Assembly (NCBI RefSeq): GCF_964204865.1
Contig: NC_135253.1
Coordinates: 16,430,001-16,494,000 of the forward strand
Reading direction: 5' to 3'
Length of the DNA stretch: 64,000 bases
Origin: Styela clava
Lineage: Eukaryota
The notes beneath the pieces were generated by a model that was given only the letters and a program-made list of their open reading frames with translations, was not told the DNA's origin and did not search any database. A program made the translations under genes and the position numbers. The stretch's first letter is position 1. Every line of letters starts with the position of its first letter. Below are positions 49,778 to 64,000 of the stretch, one piece after another.

Positions 49778-52700
49778 ATGGCTTTTTATGAAGAAATTCC
49801 TTATTCGAAAATTGGAGTTGGAATCGCTATATTCCTTGGCGGGGGAGTAACAACTTATGCAGTCTTAAGGTATGATAAAATATGAAAACATTACGTACCT
49901 ATTTCATCATGTCCAATTTGTTTACTCAGTTATAATGCTGCCACAGGAATTAGCTCCGGTTACTGTATTGGTTTGTTAATAGCTAAATGAGCACTTTTTC
50001 ATGGGTCATTTTGTTTTGTTTTCCCTTATTTCGTTGTTTCAAATGAGTTAGATTTATTATAAAAGTTATTGCTTTATTCTGGGGAGAGGAAAATAAATAG
50101 CGAGGCTCAATCCTACAGTCGTTTGATGAACCCAGGTTATCTTACGGCAGTACGGTTATCAGTCCATGTCTGGATTTGTAAGCCGGATAGGTACTTGTTT
50201 TAAATGCATGGACTTGATAGCAGAGAAGCTGTAACCGACCTGCGTTTACGTGAACCACCCTACGACGGCCTCACACAGTCACAGGATTCGGATGCTGCAG
50301 CTGGGATGCTAGTTTTTTAATTCAGCCGTATTTGGCCACACAGTACAGCAGTACATTTTCATCAATAGCCAAGAATTATCAATTGTGTTACAGATATACT
50401 GGTTCTGCTGAAGAAAGAAAAGATGAGGAAGCCATTGCAACACTATCAACGAAAATTGACGAATTAAAAATAGAAATAGAGGAATTGAAGAAACTTATTC
50501 CATGTGAACTCGGAAATATCAATTCTGAAATACAACTCTTGCAAACCGCATTCAATGACAGGTAAAAAGGTTAAAACATCATTGCTTTTAACTATAAATT
50601 TGCAGTTGGAAATTTAAAATTGATGTTTCGGAATATTAAATTCAGATGCCACTTTGGTAGGCCTATGTGAATTCACTTGCTTACAGTGATCTTAATCGCA
50701 TACCAAAGTGGCACAAATAGTGGTGCCACTTTGGTATGCGTTTAATGTCATAAAGACATTCTCATAGAATTCAGTTCCTAACCCAAACTAAAATCACTGG
50801 GATTGCGTACCAATGCAGCACAGAATTATATGATTTTTTTGATTCTGTTTAATTGCATTCAGTAAAGGTATGTAACATAGAAAGTTCAAAAATTTTCATA
50901 TTTCACTAACAAACTATACTAGTAGTGGGATTCTCAACGATAACTTTATTAGTATCTTCTTCACATACCAGTGACTGGGTTTTGTTTGAAGTTGGAGCCA
51001 TGAAATGCTTTCTATAAAAAATTGAAAAACATGAATCTATAGTCACAATTTGTAATGAAATAGATTGTCCGTAGATGAAATGAATGATAAATGAAGATTT
51101 ATATTTTGCAGGAGGACAAAATCACAGTCGAATTTTTCTGTATATAGTTACAAAACTGCATGGAGTGATGATGACAATGAAAATATAGATTCCAGGTGAA
51201 TTTTTTGCATCTATTTTTAATTTGATTTTGAATCTATTTTAAAAATCGATTTTATTGCTTATTGCTGTAAGCAAAATTATAAGCTATAAAAATATGAATG
51301 AATCTTAGTTGTAACTATAAACATAAGAGCAGTATATAATTCTGCCTCTTTGGTAGTGGCATGCAAAAAAACAAAAAAAAATTACTGCATTCTGCATATG
51401 TATCGTTTGTTCTTTTGGCAAATTCAAAATTACTTGCTAAGGTATAATATGAAAGTTGAAGATACCAGTACCTAATTTTTATTTTATTTTTTCTAACAAT
51501 AGATATTTTTAATATCTAGGAAGCAAGATGTACCATCCCCTATTGAAGGTGGAGATTCTTTGTTGCAAAACAATAACGCAGTTTCCAATGAGGAAAAGAA
51601 ACGTTCATTGTATGCAAAAATTGATTCGCTTTACACAGGGAGTGATGAAGATAAAGAAACTGCAATGAGAGTTCTTCAAGATAACGAAATTAATGTAAGT
51701 TTTTTATTGGACACAAAGTGGACATATGGATCGTTTTGTTATTATGTCGTTGTTGTATCACTTGTATGGTATATTATGTTATGGAAATTTTCTCTATTGT
51801 AGAGTGTTGTTTACATGTCAAGCAGTTAAAGCAGATACACATTTCATTAATATTTTCTTTGCATGATGTCTTCATATTGTCACGCATATGGATAGTTATG
51901 TTATTATGTTGTTGTTATTCTTGTTAGTCTTCATCCTGTTATGAAAAAATCGCTTTTAAAAATTGTGCACATTTTTGCGGTTCTGCATTTGCTGCTATCT
52001 GGTGATCACTGCGATACCGGTAGTTCACTGTGAATAATTGCATAAATGTACTGTACTACTTCGTTTTGGCCATTTATCCATATATTTGATCATTGCTCCC
52101 TTGTTTTTATCATGGATTATTTGACTAAATCGTTAACGCAGATGGAATTACTTCCTCAATTTTTACATCAATAATATCTACTTGAATTAATTTGTTGTTT
52201 ATTGAGGGTATTACGAGGTCAATAATAATCATTTTTTGGCCTCACTGGTTACTATCTCACCTAAGGAGCATAGGCAATCACAACACATTGTATTATTGTA
52301 TCCTATATTGTGTGAATTTTCTTTATTTTAGAGTGTTTTTACAGATCATGCAGTTAAAGCTGATACACATTTCATCCATATTTTTTTACTCAATGTTTTG
52401 TTTTTCCACGCCTCCATTTTTTGGTGGCCATCATTTCCTTCAAATGTTGTATTCCTATTTCTTATCTGCTACAAATCATGTTTTTTTCATTTGAATGTTT
52501 TTCAGTATAAAGATGATTGGGAATTCCTTTGGAGGTTGGGAAGGTCTCATGTTTCTGTTCATGAAATGAGATATCTTGTAGAAGAGAAAAGAGTTCATGC
52601 ATTGGCCGGACATGAATATACTGAACGAGCTTTAGATATTTATGAAGCCTCATCAGATGTGCATAAATGGTGAGTTTGTTTTATTTCAGTATAACACAAT

Positions 52701-54990
52701 AATAGTACTAACAGCTGTTCTAATGGTATGTCATTAGCAAACTCTTGCCCTGAGGCTAATAGCAGTAAATTACTTAGAAATTTATAAAATAGGGTATTAA
52801 CTAGTGTTCTTCAAACTTTTATACATCTCGACCCACTTGGCATAGCCAAATTTTTTTGCAACTCTCTGGAATTGTAATAAAAATAATGTAAAATTGAACA
52901 ACGGAAGAAAATAATAATGAGAGCAAAAAATCATATCTTGGCCATATTGACTTGGTGATGGCGGGTCTCACAACTGTTCTAAATCTTTCAAATTTGATCG
53001 ATCTTTTGTTTAACATGAGTTAGTGTCGAGAAAGATTTTACTGCGTCCTCCATTGAGCCCTTCCATGACCCATCGGGGCGTCGAGACCCCCAGTTTGAAG
53101 GGCCCTGGTATAAACAAAACTTTGTTTTGATGAACATTTATATAATTTTAATATTTTTGTGATATGTTTTGATTAGATGCATATACTGGGGATTCTAAGT
53201 CTGGTAACATAGCAACACTTTTTATTCATTTTTTGACTGAGAAAAAAAGTTATTGAATGTGTGTTTACTCCAGTATATACCTATTTGCTGTCATTGCTTC
53301 ATTTCAGAAGCTTGTGTACTAATGTTCTAATAATATTTTTATACTTTGTCCAAATTCAAGTAGCCGGCAATGACATACTTTACTTTATTTCAGACTTTTT
53401 TTTACGTTTTTTTACTCAATGCACGCGGCAATGATTTAATAACATTTTAATTCAAACTTTTTCTGTTTCATTGTTTCTTGACTTTATCAACTTATACTAT
53501 TCAGGTATGCTATTGCTTTGGGTACAATGATGGACTATGTTTCAACTAAAGACAAGATTTTGAATGGTTATAAATTGAAGCAACATATATCAAGAGCTTT
53601 AGAATTAAGTCCTGCAGAAGCAACCTTGCACTTCATGCTTGGTAGATGGTGCTGGGGTACGATCCATTTCAAATTGTTCTAAAATCAGTAAATTTAGTTG
53701 CCTTGGGTGTTTCTGATATTTTGTTTTTGTACTCAATTCTATCAACATTAACACCTCAGCAAAAGGATCACTCTGTAACTGACACTTTATTTATAGTATG
53801 TATTTTGTCACTGTTGCATATTGTCTCCTCAACATAGTGGCTTGTATGACTTGACAGAACCAAAGCTAAGGTTCTAATTTAAAGCTATCTGATTAGACCA
53901 GTTTTCCAGCCTTTTTACATCAGGTGATATCAAATGATCTCGTGAATCGGCAACAAAATATTGAACTGACGCAAAGCAGGAAAGTAAAATATGAATGAAG
54001 TCTCATTTTATTGAGTGCCATTTCTTATTGTGTTGCTTTTGACTGCGTGAAACACTTTGAAATTATAAGATAATAGAATAGGAAATTGTTATATACATTG
54101 TCTTCGGCATGCAGATGAAAATGTTTGTATAAAAAATACCTTTAAAAATGATAAGCGCTTTTCTGATAGTAATTTCATATGAATTTGTTCCTAAAACAGT
54201 ACCGAGTTTTAAGTCATGTTGCTGATAAATCGTACATGCTGAAACAATTTTGTAAAATCATAAGACCATTATCGTAAATATAAAAGTATTGGAAAGAAAT
54301 CGCATAATTAGCGTTGCGAAGTACACATAAAAAATGAAAAAATACTGATATCTGTATAAAAAATATTATTCTTTCCTTATTCAGGCATTTATATGCTGAC
54401 TTGGATAGAGCGTAAACTTGCATCTACATTATTTGCGACACCGCCTACCTCATCTGTTCAAGAAGCTTTAGAATGTTTCCTCAAAGCAGAAGAACTTGAT
54501 CCCGGGTTTTATAAATCAAACCAACTTTATATTGGCAAGGTAAATAAATTTATGCAATGTATTGGATCTCTAGCTCTAGAAGACCCTTATTTCCGTTCGC
54601 TCAGTTTGTTTGTTTAGCTGTAGCGTAGAAATTTGATTTTCACTTGTATGATTTGCATCAAAGCTGTATTGTAGAATGTGACAGATTGTTTTAAATAATG
54701 ATCATTATTTTTTAGGTTTATATTTTATACATATATTTTTTTTCTATAAAAATGTTCTCTTATCTGTATTTCAATAATATTCTGTCAGATTTTATTATTC
54801 GATACAAAATGTATGTATAATACTTGCACCTTCTTTTACTTCATATTTTTCTCCTTTACAGTGCTATTATGAAATGAGCAAGTACAAAGAGGCAAAGAAT
54901 TGGTTAGAAAAAGCAAAAGAGTTGAAAATTGTAAACATCGAGGATCAAAAAGCTCACGATGAAGTTGTTCAATTTTTGACAAAACTATAA
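49778..54990 (+). CDS. Regulator of microtubule dynamics protein (RMDN/FAM82; RMDN2/3-type with N-terminal TM and coiled coil, C-terminal TPR)
   Basis: Exons 49778-49869 (MAFYEEIPYSKIGVGIAIFLGGGVTTYAVL), 50394-50561, ~51112-51195, 51520-51694, ~52506-52670 (DDWEFLWRLGRS..SDVHKW), ~53506-53655 (YAIALG..KDKILNGYKLKQHISRALELSP..LHFMLGRWC), ~54386-54539 (LTWIERKLASTLFATPPTSSVQEALECFLKAEELDPGF), 54862-54990. Confidence 0.9.
50080..50300 (-). mobile_element. SINE copy in RMDN intron 1
   Basis: Shares TCAAGTCCATGCAT, GACATGGACTG.TAACCG and the TTTCCTCTCCCC tail with other copies. Confidence 0.5.
52802..53107. mobile_element. hAT MITE
   Basis: TAGTGTTCTTCAAACT ... AGTTTGAAGGGCCCTG, TSD gtattaac/gtataaac. 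Confidence 0.6.
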
Positions 54991-55160
54991 CATGATTGCA
55001 GCGTTTTTGCAGGATTATACAAACAATAGTACATCTTTAGTTTTCATTTGGATTCTGTCTCACAAGAATTTCATTTTTGTGCCATTGTGAACAATTTTAT
55101 TGACATTGAAGCCCCTTGTACCCTGAATCACCTTATTTATGCTAGATCTGCTAGATAAAT

Positions 55161-55454
55161 CAATATTTTTCAACCAGGGTTCAGCGGCACCCTAGTGTTC
55201 CGCCAGTCCAGGGGCTCCGCAAGTTTACATTCAAATTTGTGAAGGGTATATTGTTCCAATACATTTATATTCACTTTGCCACTATTTATAAACTTGCCAC
55301 ACTCTCAAATCATTTTGTTTTGCCAGTATATGGTTGGCTTTTATATAGATTTATAGCTTGAACAATTAAGACAATTAAAATATTGTACAGGGGTTCCGAA
55401 TCTCTGGAATGTTTCATTGGCGTTCCGTTCCACTGAAAATGTTGAAAACCACTG
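55161..55454. mobile_element. hAT MITE
   Basis: CAATATTTTTCAACC ... GTTGAAAACCACTG with GGGTTCCGC subterminal motifs. Confidence 0.6.
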
Positions 55455-56716
55455 GCGTAGATGTTTATACAACTTTTTTATTAGTAATCGAACGTCTCTG
55501 TGACCAAGTGACTGCAACAAATGAATAATAAGTTATAATCTAGTACAGCTTTAACCTCCATTGATTTGTTTTATTATTTATGTTTAATATTTGTGTTGTA
55601 AGCAATGTTACACAGTCTTAGCACAATGTCTCAACTGCCAGTAACTTTTGCTTCATGATTTTAAATTTTATTTTATGGTCTTTCAAACTAAGTAAATTAC
55701 AAAGATTTTATTTAAAAATGTAAGCATATTGCTTTTTAAGAGTTGAGAAACCTAATTTTATAAATAATAATTCACTTGGTTGAAAGTTAACCACATATTT
55801 AATATTGTGTATAATATACCGGTATGTTTAGGAGCCAGTATCGGCAGTTAGAAAATTCATTTTTTGTTCAAATTTTCATGTCGATTGCCTACTGCAGGTT
55901 TATCAAAACTGTAGCAATTTATGTTAGTCTGATAAGGTCAATAACATCGTATATTTTCACTTATTGCCACATGAATTTAATTGCTGTTAAAAAAGTGATG
56001 GATATAAAATAGCATTTAATTCATTTTCCATCAGCTCATAATCAGTTGTAATTCAAATGGAACAAGCTTCACTAATGCTTATTCTTTAATAGAAAATTTT
56101 CAACCATACGATACATAATTATGGGTTTAGCTGCCTTATATCTCAACGTAAATGTAACAGTTTGGGGTAACAATCCTAATCGACATTTCCAACCTGACCC
56201 ACTGTTAAATCTCAGTTTTCCATTTCTATAATCTCCTAATTTATTGTTTCGTTGGTGTTTAATCTTATTTTTGTGTATCTATGCATATTTGCGATAGTTG
56301 TGTGGAAGAATGTAGCGATTGGTTTTATACATTTATAAGGGTGATTTTTATAATCAATTTGTGTGTTAGTGTTTTAATTATCCATGATTATTTAAATTTT
56401 GAGTTAATTTGTTTTAACTTTTATATGCTGTGATGTAGTTAGTGAAACTGATGTTTCCAAGAAGGTATTTGGTTTGTTAGCAAGCAGAAATTTTAATGAT
56501 ACCCATAAAAGTTTATGTCTGATTGACCATGCAAAGAAATTTTTCTTCATATTTCCCTCCAATATAATCAAATTTATGTCTGGAAAATTCCGATTGCATA
56601 CCATAACGGAACACTGCCCTATCATCTCTAAAATGAAGTAGCAGATCAACATTTGAACAAATTGATTTTGATGTGGTTTTGAATTTGTCAGTAATGGCAA
56701 TGAGTTTTATGGATGC

Positions 56717-56877
56717 CAGTTCTAGAACTGAAAGCAATTGCGCCTTATTTATGAGTTTGTGTTTATCATATTATTGTATCAAAATCTTTGTATCTCAGTT
56801 CTAGTACTGAAAGCAATTGCGCCTTATTTATGAGTTTGTGTTTATTATATTATTGTATCAAAATCTTTGTATCTCAT
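56717..56877. repeat. 79-bp tandem duplication
   Basis: Two near-identical copies of CAGTTCTAG.ACTGAAAGCAATTGCGCC...TTTGTATCT. Confidence 0.9.
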
Positions 56878-56899
56878 TTCCTTACATGAAAATTAAGTT

Positions 56900-57070
56900 T
56901 GTTTTTAATAAGTTATGGGTATGCATAGGAAAGTCTCATCTCCCCTGTTCAGGCATCTATCTGAGCTAACTGATCCAATACCCGACATGGACTGCTAACC
57001 GAACGAGAGGGTGTGGTACGCCTTACATATGATTAAGCCGCTCTATCGGGTTTTCTCTCCTCTGGATGAA
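56900..57070 (+). mobile_element. SINE 3' portion
   Basis: GACATGGACTGCTAACCG ... GATTAAGCC ... TTTCTCTCC shared with the 50080-50300 copy. Confidence 0.45.
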
Positions 57071-58900
57071 TTTTAGTTATGACACGTTACGTCATTGCTT
57101 CATATTTGGACTGATCAAGAAAACCAGTCGGTCGGTTGTCTATTTTATTACATGCCGAAAGTACACAATGGACAAACATAGTTAAGATAAAAAAATTGTT
57201 CCCGTGCCAAGGGAGACGCGGTAAACCAATTGATTGTATGGTAGTGAAAGGCCATCATCCTGCTGGTAAGACTTATTTTGTGTTATGCGGCAAAATGCCT
57301 AAATAGGATCAGAATTTGACAGAGGTAAAGCGTAATTAAACTAAACACCAATATGCGAAACGCGATGGTAAATTCCCATCCCGTGCATTTTGAACATTTC
57401 TCTGAGCATATATTCCTAACATATCAGGATGGTACTTTAGTGAAGGACTTTATAAATGAACTTTATATTTATCCGTCTGAATCAATTTCGAAATGGCGTC
57501 ATTGATAAATTCCTCGCCTTCAAAATCCACGTTTCTACAACAGTTAGACTAAACTGACAATTAGCCATTCCCGTAACCGACCTGGACTACTACACAACCG
57601 GACGAGAAGCTGTGACTGTGACTGGCTATAGAATCAACTTGTCACATCAATGACATTTTTCATTGTTTGAAAAACTTTTCGGTAAAGGTTTGTCCGTGAG
57701 GTAGCGCTCACGGATTCCTACAATCCGATCTTAAATATTGATGAATGGACAAAACCCGTAATTAATACAGATTCTGGAAGAGCCACCGCTTAAAATAAAA
57801 AAAAACTTGTAATTATTCGGTTACAATTTTTATTCATTGATGGATTCAAGGGTAGAGAACGCGCAGTTAGTTTAGACGAGCGCAATCTGCAGTACTTAAA
57901 ACGTGGTGGAGGTATTTTCTCAAATCTCAAATTTTTACAGTAGTGGCGTAAGGCTTACGCCTTCTGCGAAAGAATCCAACATTTTGAAAAAATATTGGAT
58001 TACCCTACGATGCACACATATATATTCGCGTCAGCAAAATCAGCAATTGTATTTTGTATAAATTCGACAATTAAACTAGCAGTTTTTATCAATAAAGAGT
58101 GCTCGCGTAGGCGGAAACAACGACGGCGATAATAGTAATACAAAAATGTTTGTGTTAATTATACTCGTTTGAACTTCATGTTTCAACTTCAGCCAGTACG
58201 CGCTGTTCGTAACAAAATACAACATATTAATCTAGTTCCTGTTGTGACAATGGCACGCGCCGCTATCTCGTCACGCTGCTTTATTTGGGATTCATATATA
58301 CTATATATCAAATTGCAAACAAAAGAATCCTACTGAGACTAATTACCATAATTTGAAGTCATATCCTAAAATGAAAAGGGAGTACTGCGAATTGCAGGAA
58401 ATACAAAGCCGACATGAATGAACGGAAGTGTGTAAAAAGAAAGCGAGAGAAGACACCTACGATTCACCACCGTTCGTCAACGCGTCGCTGCGGCAGTCTC
58501 TTCGAGAGTCGCCGGCGTGTGTTTTCACAACAGTTCGGTGGACCTAGTTTTTATGGCGTCGTGTAAGCGGATACCTTGTTCCGTTTTAGGTTCGTTAGAT
58601 GAGTTGGTCAGCAATTGTCTTCATTGGCAACCTTTGTAAAGTATTTGTAAGCAGTCACAAAAAGATAGCATCGAACAAAAGAACTTCGGCGGAAGGCAGC
58701 GTACAGAAATTAGTGTTCTGATACAGGCGTTCTGTGCGCACAAAAAGCCGTTGAAATGAAATATAGGTTCAGCTTCGTTCGCTTGCTTATTTTTACAGCG
58801 TGTAGCGGGAATTTCATCTGATTTTCATGCAGAAACTATACAGAATCTGTTTTGACTAGAAATTAAATTTTGTTATTTTATCTTCAATCATTTTAATTAG

Positions 58901-60303
<1,403 letters not shown>

Positions 60304-63300
60304 GTAGGGAATATATTCATAATACATGTTCGGTCACCTGTGTGATACACGGAAAATTGTTGTCAGCCATCAGTAATTCTGGACAAGCTGGTCAATATCT
60401 TTGTATTTTTAGTTTTTCTCTCCGGGGATTTTCATTCTGAATATTGCTATTTTAAACTTGATCGCGAGAATTAGTGGCTCTCCTCACACATGAGAAATAT
60501 TCGATATATTAAAAACTTATAAATAATAGATAAAACTCTTTTAATGCCGTTAATGCCAGACTACTAATGACATTTGAAACGATGATAGGTCTCGTAATTT
60601 GAACAGTAATAGTCCTTGAAAAGATAAGCATTATTACGGCGTATATATTTTTGTTGATATCCAGTCAACCCCTAGTACTTGAAAGTGCTTCACATTTAGT
60701 TTTTGGCCAGTGTGGTATAACAAAATGACTGTTCGGTGATCGGGGTATATGTATATCATTAACGTAATTTCTTATTGTTTCGTCTTCAACGTACCGAACT
60801 GTACCACTCCTTCTGCTTTTTACTATTTTAATCGGAAAAATTAGTTTTCTGAAGCCATTCATCATGCAACAAACCTGACATAATCCTAGTTTTTATTCAT
60901 TATATTTTTTCTCTTGTTGCGCTGCCATGGTAACATCATTGGCCTTCCCGGTCCGCTCGACATAATCTCGTAGTTTTGGGCAAGATTTGAGTTTATTGCG
61001 TAGCAGGGGTTCACCATTTTACGTATATCGTCTTTGGTGTCTATTTATACACATAACTCGGTGAAAATTTATTCAATGTGAATTAATTTTCTCTTGGTAA
61101 CCCGCAGAGAGTTCGTTGGAAAACCTAATGGTTCCACCACTAAAGTCTACCCATAACGCGCTAAAGCCAACACCCCGTCGTTTCTTAAAACCGCAATACC
61201 GATCCAATTACTGGATATGACAACTTTTGACAAATGATAGTTTTGGGTTAGGTTTCCTCAACCCTCAACATCATCGTTACTCATGTGACCTCGCTAATGA
61301 AAATTGAGTTCGCAAACATATCTTCATTTGGACCGAATCATTCATATATTGCAGTTAATTTTACTGATTTCTTTACATCGCAATATAAAAATATAGTAGA
61401 TATATTTAACTTATATACAATATGAACACGAATTGATGAAAGTTAATTAGAACCTTCGTTGAAAAGCTCAAATTAAACGAGTTTGTTGACGCACTCCTCA
61501 ATTGTTCGGCTTCAGACCGCGTGAAACCAGTGGCTTACTCGTCCCATTGAAATGATTGAAACCCAACCGCCCACACCTGTACCGGAGGCGTCAAATTGAT
61601 TTGAGACACGAGCGCACTATCATCGCAGGTATTGATTTGAATAAATATTTGCAAACAAACGTCCAATATTGGATTTTTTATTTACATTCATGACAGAAAC
61701 TTTACCTAAATTTCAATAACCATCGACATTGATGTCTATGCGCAGTTATTGTCAAAGAACATTTGTTTACTAGAAACTGATTTAGGAATTACCAGCTACT
61801 TTCCCAACACTTTTGAGTTTTGATCAATCAAATTTTTGAATTTTATGAAATCTTCGAGGCCGTTTTGGATTGTTGTGTCCAAGTGATTTTTGTCATGAAC
61901 ATGAAAATATTGCACTATCTTTTTGTAAGTAATAAATTAACAATAAATACAAGTATCAATCTCAATTTCTAACAATTATTATTACAATTACAATTATTAG
62001 TATAATAAATATTTTTATTTACAATCATAAAATGAATATTATGCTGATGGAAATGACACCTTTTTCAAAACTTTTACATTTTGGACACATAATTTATTTC
62101 ACATAAAAAGAACACATACATAGATCGTAAAATTAAGTCGTAAAATTTCAGATTATCATCATGGTAATGTAATCTAGTTATTTTTATGTTTATCAAACAT
62201 TCAACGTGTTTATCTATCTATTCCTCAACGCCAGTCAATAAAACTAACTTCCGTTGCCCAAGGCGCCAAAGTTTATATAAGAGTAAGATATGGGATCAAA
62301 CTTGAACTGTATCAGTCTGTTGTTGAATTTATTGATAAAACACACAGAGAGAAGGGAGTGATTTTCTCCCATTTTTTAATCATAGTTTCTGGCGTGGGTA
62401 GACAGAGTATATTGAAACATTTCGATTGAAACGGTTCGAAGTTCTTTTTATCGTTATCAAATTTCGTTGAAATCAGCCAACCGACCAGATATCAGTTGAC
62501 TTGTGATTCTCCGAAAATACTACGATATCGCCGTCACTAAACAAAAATAAAATAATGAGATTAATAACATGTAATAAGTAGTGATCTACTTGTATATATG
62601 ATGAAATTCTAGCGTTTGGCGGAAATAAAAACAACAAACAGTGCGTCAGTGATAGTTAAAACCTCCAGTGACGTCAGTATGAGTCTAGACCCGCGTGTAG
62701 AATACTCCTTACAACTTAAACAATAAGCTCCATAGAATCAACGATCTTTTGAAAATCGATTCAATCTGTGGGGAGTGATCACCTGCTGATTTCAACAAAA
62801 GCTAAATATAGTACGTCGGCTACGAATTCAGTCATTTTACGGCCTACTTATATTTCTTGGGGATATAATATGATATTGCACGTTATTCTCATTCTGATCA
62901 AGGACCTCGCATGGCCCTAGGATACATCCCAACGAAACATAATTCTCTATCCATGGCCCATACCCGGCTATATACTTATATACCGGTATATTTTTAATAG
63001 ATGCCCTGCGTCTTTGCTACGTTACAGTTGATCATTTTATGTGGTTTGAAACTAATCGCACTCTGCAGACTTGCTGTAGCATAATTTATTTGAGCGTGTT
63101 TGCAGAACCGTTGTATGTATACTTTAAAGCAGTTTAAAATTTCTACAAATAAGAGTTTGTAAATTTGTTAAAGTTTGGGAGTCGGAAATCAGCGTTTGCA
63201 ATCAAAATCATTGTGTTTCTTGCATCTTCAACCATATACTTTGCTTAATTGGTGCGATAAAATTTCATCGTACCACCTTACTTTTCTTTTCTCCATTCAT

Positions 63301-64000
63301 TAAGCCTGTTTCAAAAGATTAGTTTTAATTGGATTTGTGGTTACGTGGACGTGAGTTAAAGCTCTGGGCTAGACATGTATTAGCGTGGTTTCTATTTTAA
63401 TACATTGAACAGAAACAAAAAACCTACACGCACGATTGAAAAACAATACCAATGTTTTTTCAAGTGAAATCGTTGAAACAGTAAAGCAAGTTAAAGCATG
63501 CATTGGCATTTACTGAACCAAAATTTCTGTGTTTATACCTGGAATGAAAAATGAAATTGCCGACCATACTTCCACCTTTTTTAAACTCATGTTTGTCTCT
63601 ACTACTATTGCATCAAGGGGTGTTATTTTTACGTGTTTCTAACTTTGAAAGGCATTGAAGAACTTATGATAGATTAGATACTTTCAATTCTTTTGATTCA
63701 CTTTGTTTCTTAAGCGAAAGCATGCAATAGGGATGATATGGAAATGTTTGTTCAAACTGATTTTATGGAGTAATATGAAATGTAAATTATGGTAATCGAG
63801 TTTCTCACCATCCGCATAGCATAAATACAAAATGAAGTTTTCCTATTACACATGAACGTTTATGTGACTAATTCCTCACTTCACATTTTCAAATCGGCTT
63901 ACGTAGGTCTGGTATATAAAATTTCTATCAAGACTCATGAAAATTTTATAGCAAACGGTAAAATTTTAATGTGACTCCCGGAAAACGACGTATGATCACA

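Noticed and set aside
60304-64000. Further TRIM9 exons (coiled coil, COS, FN3, SPRY)
   Set aside because: No convincing exon found; the region appears intronic.

Overview
This is AT-rich, intron-rich animal genomic DNA (invertebrate; an ascidian/tunicate is my guess from repeat content and intron style, not provable here). Host genes, left to right: (1) 5' half of a V-ATPase V0 a-subunit gene (minus) with two apparently mutually exclusive exons; (2) an intronless 1143-aa EF-hand/WD40 gene (WDR49-like); (3) FBXO41 (minus); (4) a hidden 3-exon gene for an 85-aa secreted six-cysteine peptide precursor that the ORF track misses; (5) an RMDN-family gene; (6) the 5' end of a TRIM9/67 gene. The centre (27945-49390) is a nested transposon. 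A decayed Academ-type element (TAG termini, ~270-bp TIRs) is split by an 18.5-kb Zisupton/KDZ-type element (30594-49106, 8-bp TSD CGACCACG, 22-bp and ~197-bp subterminal repeat arrays in inverted orientation). Manual GT-AG splicing of the inner element gives an uninterrupted ~1190-aa, at-least-22-exon protein: C2H2 fingers, SWIM, CxC, KDZ transposase core with SAP domain, Ulp1/C48 SUMO-protease, PHD finger. Just past its stop codon lie three tandem structured repeats with a covarying hairpin. Many hAT and Tc1/pogo MITEs, a Helentron-type HINE, SINE copies and a LINE fragment are scattered through introns. All exon models and family assignments were made by eye from recalled motifs, without database searches.
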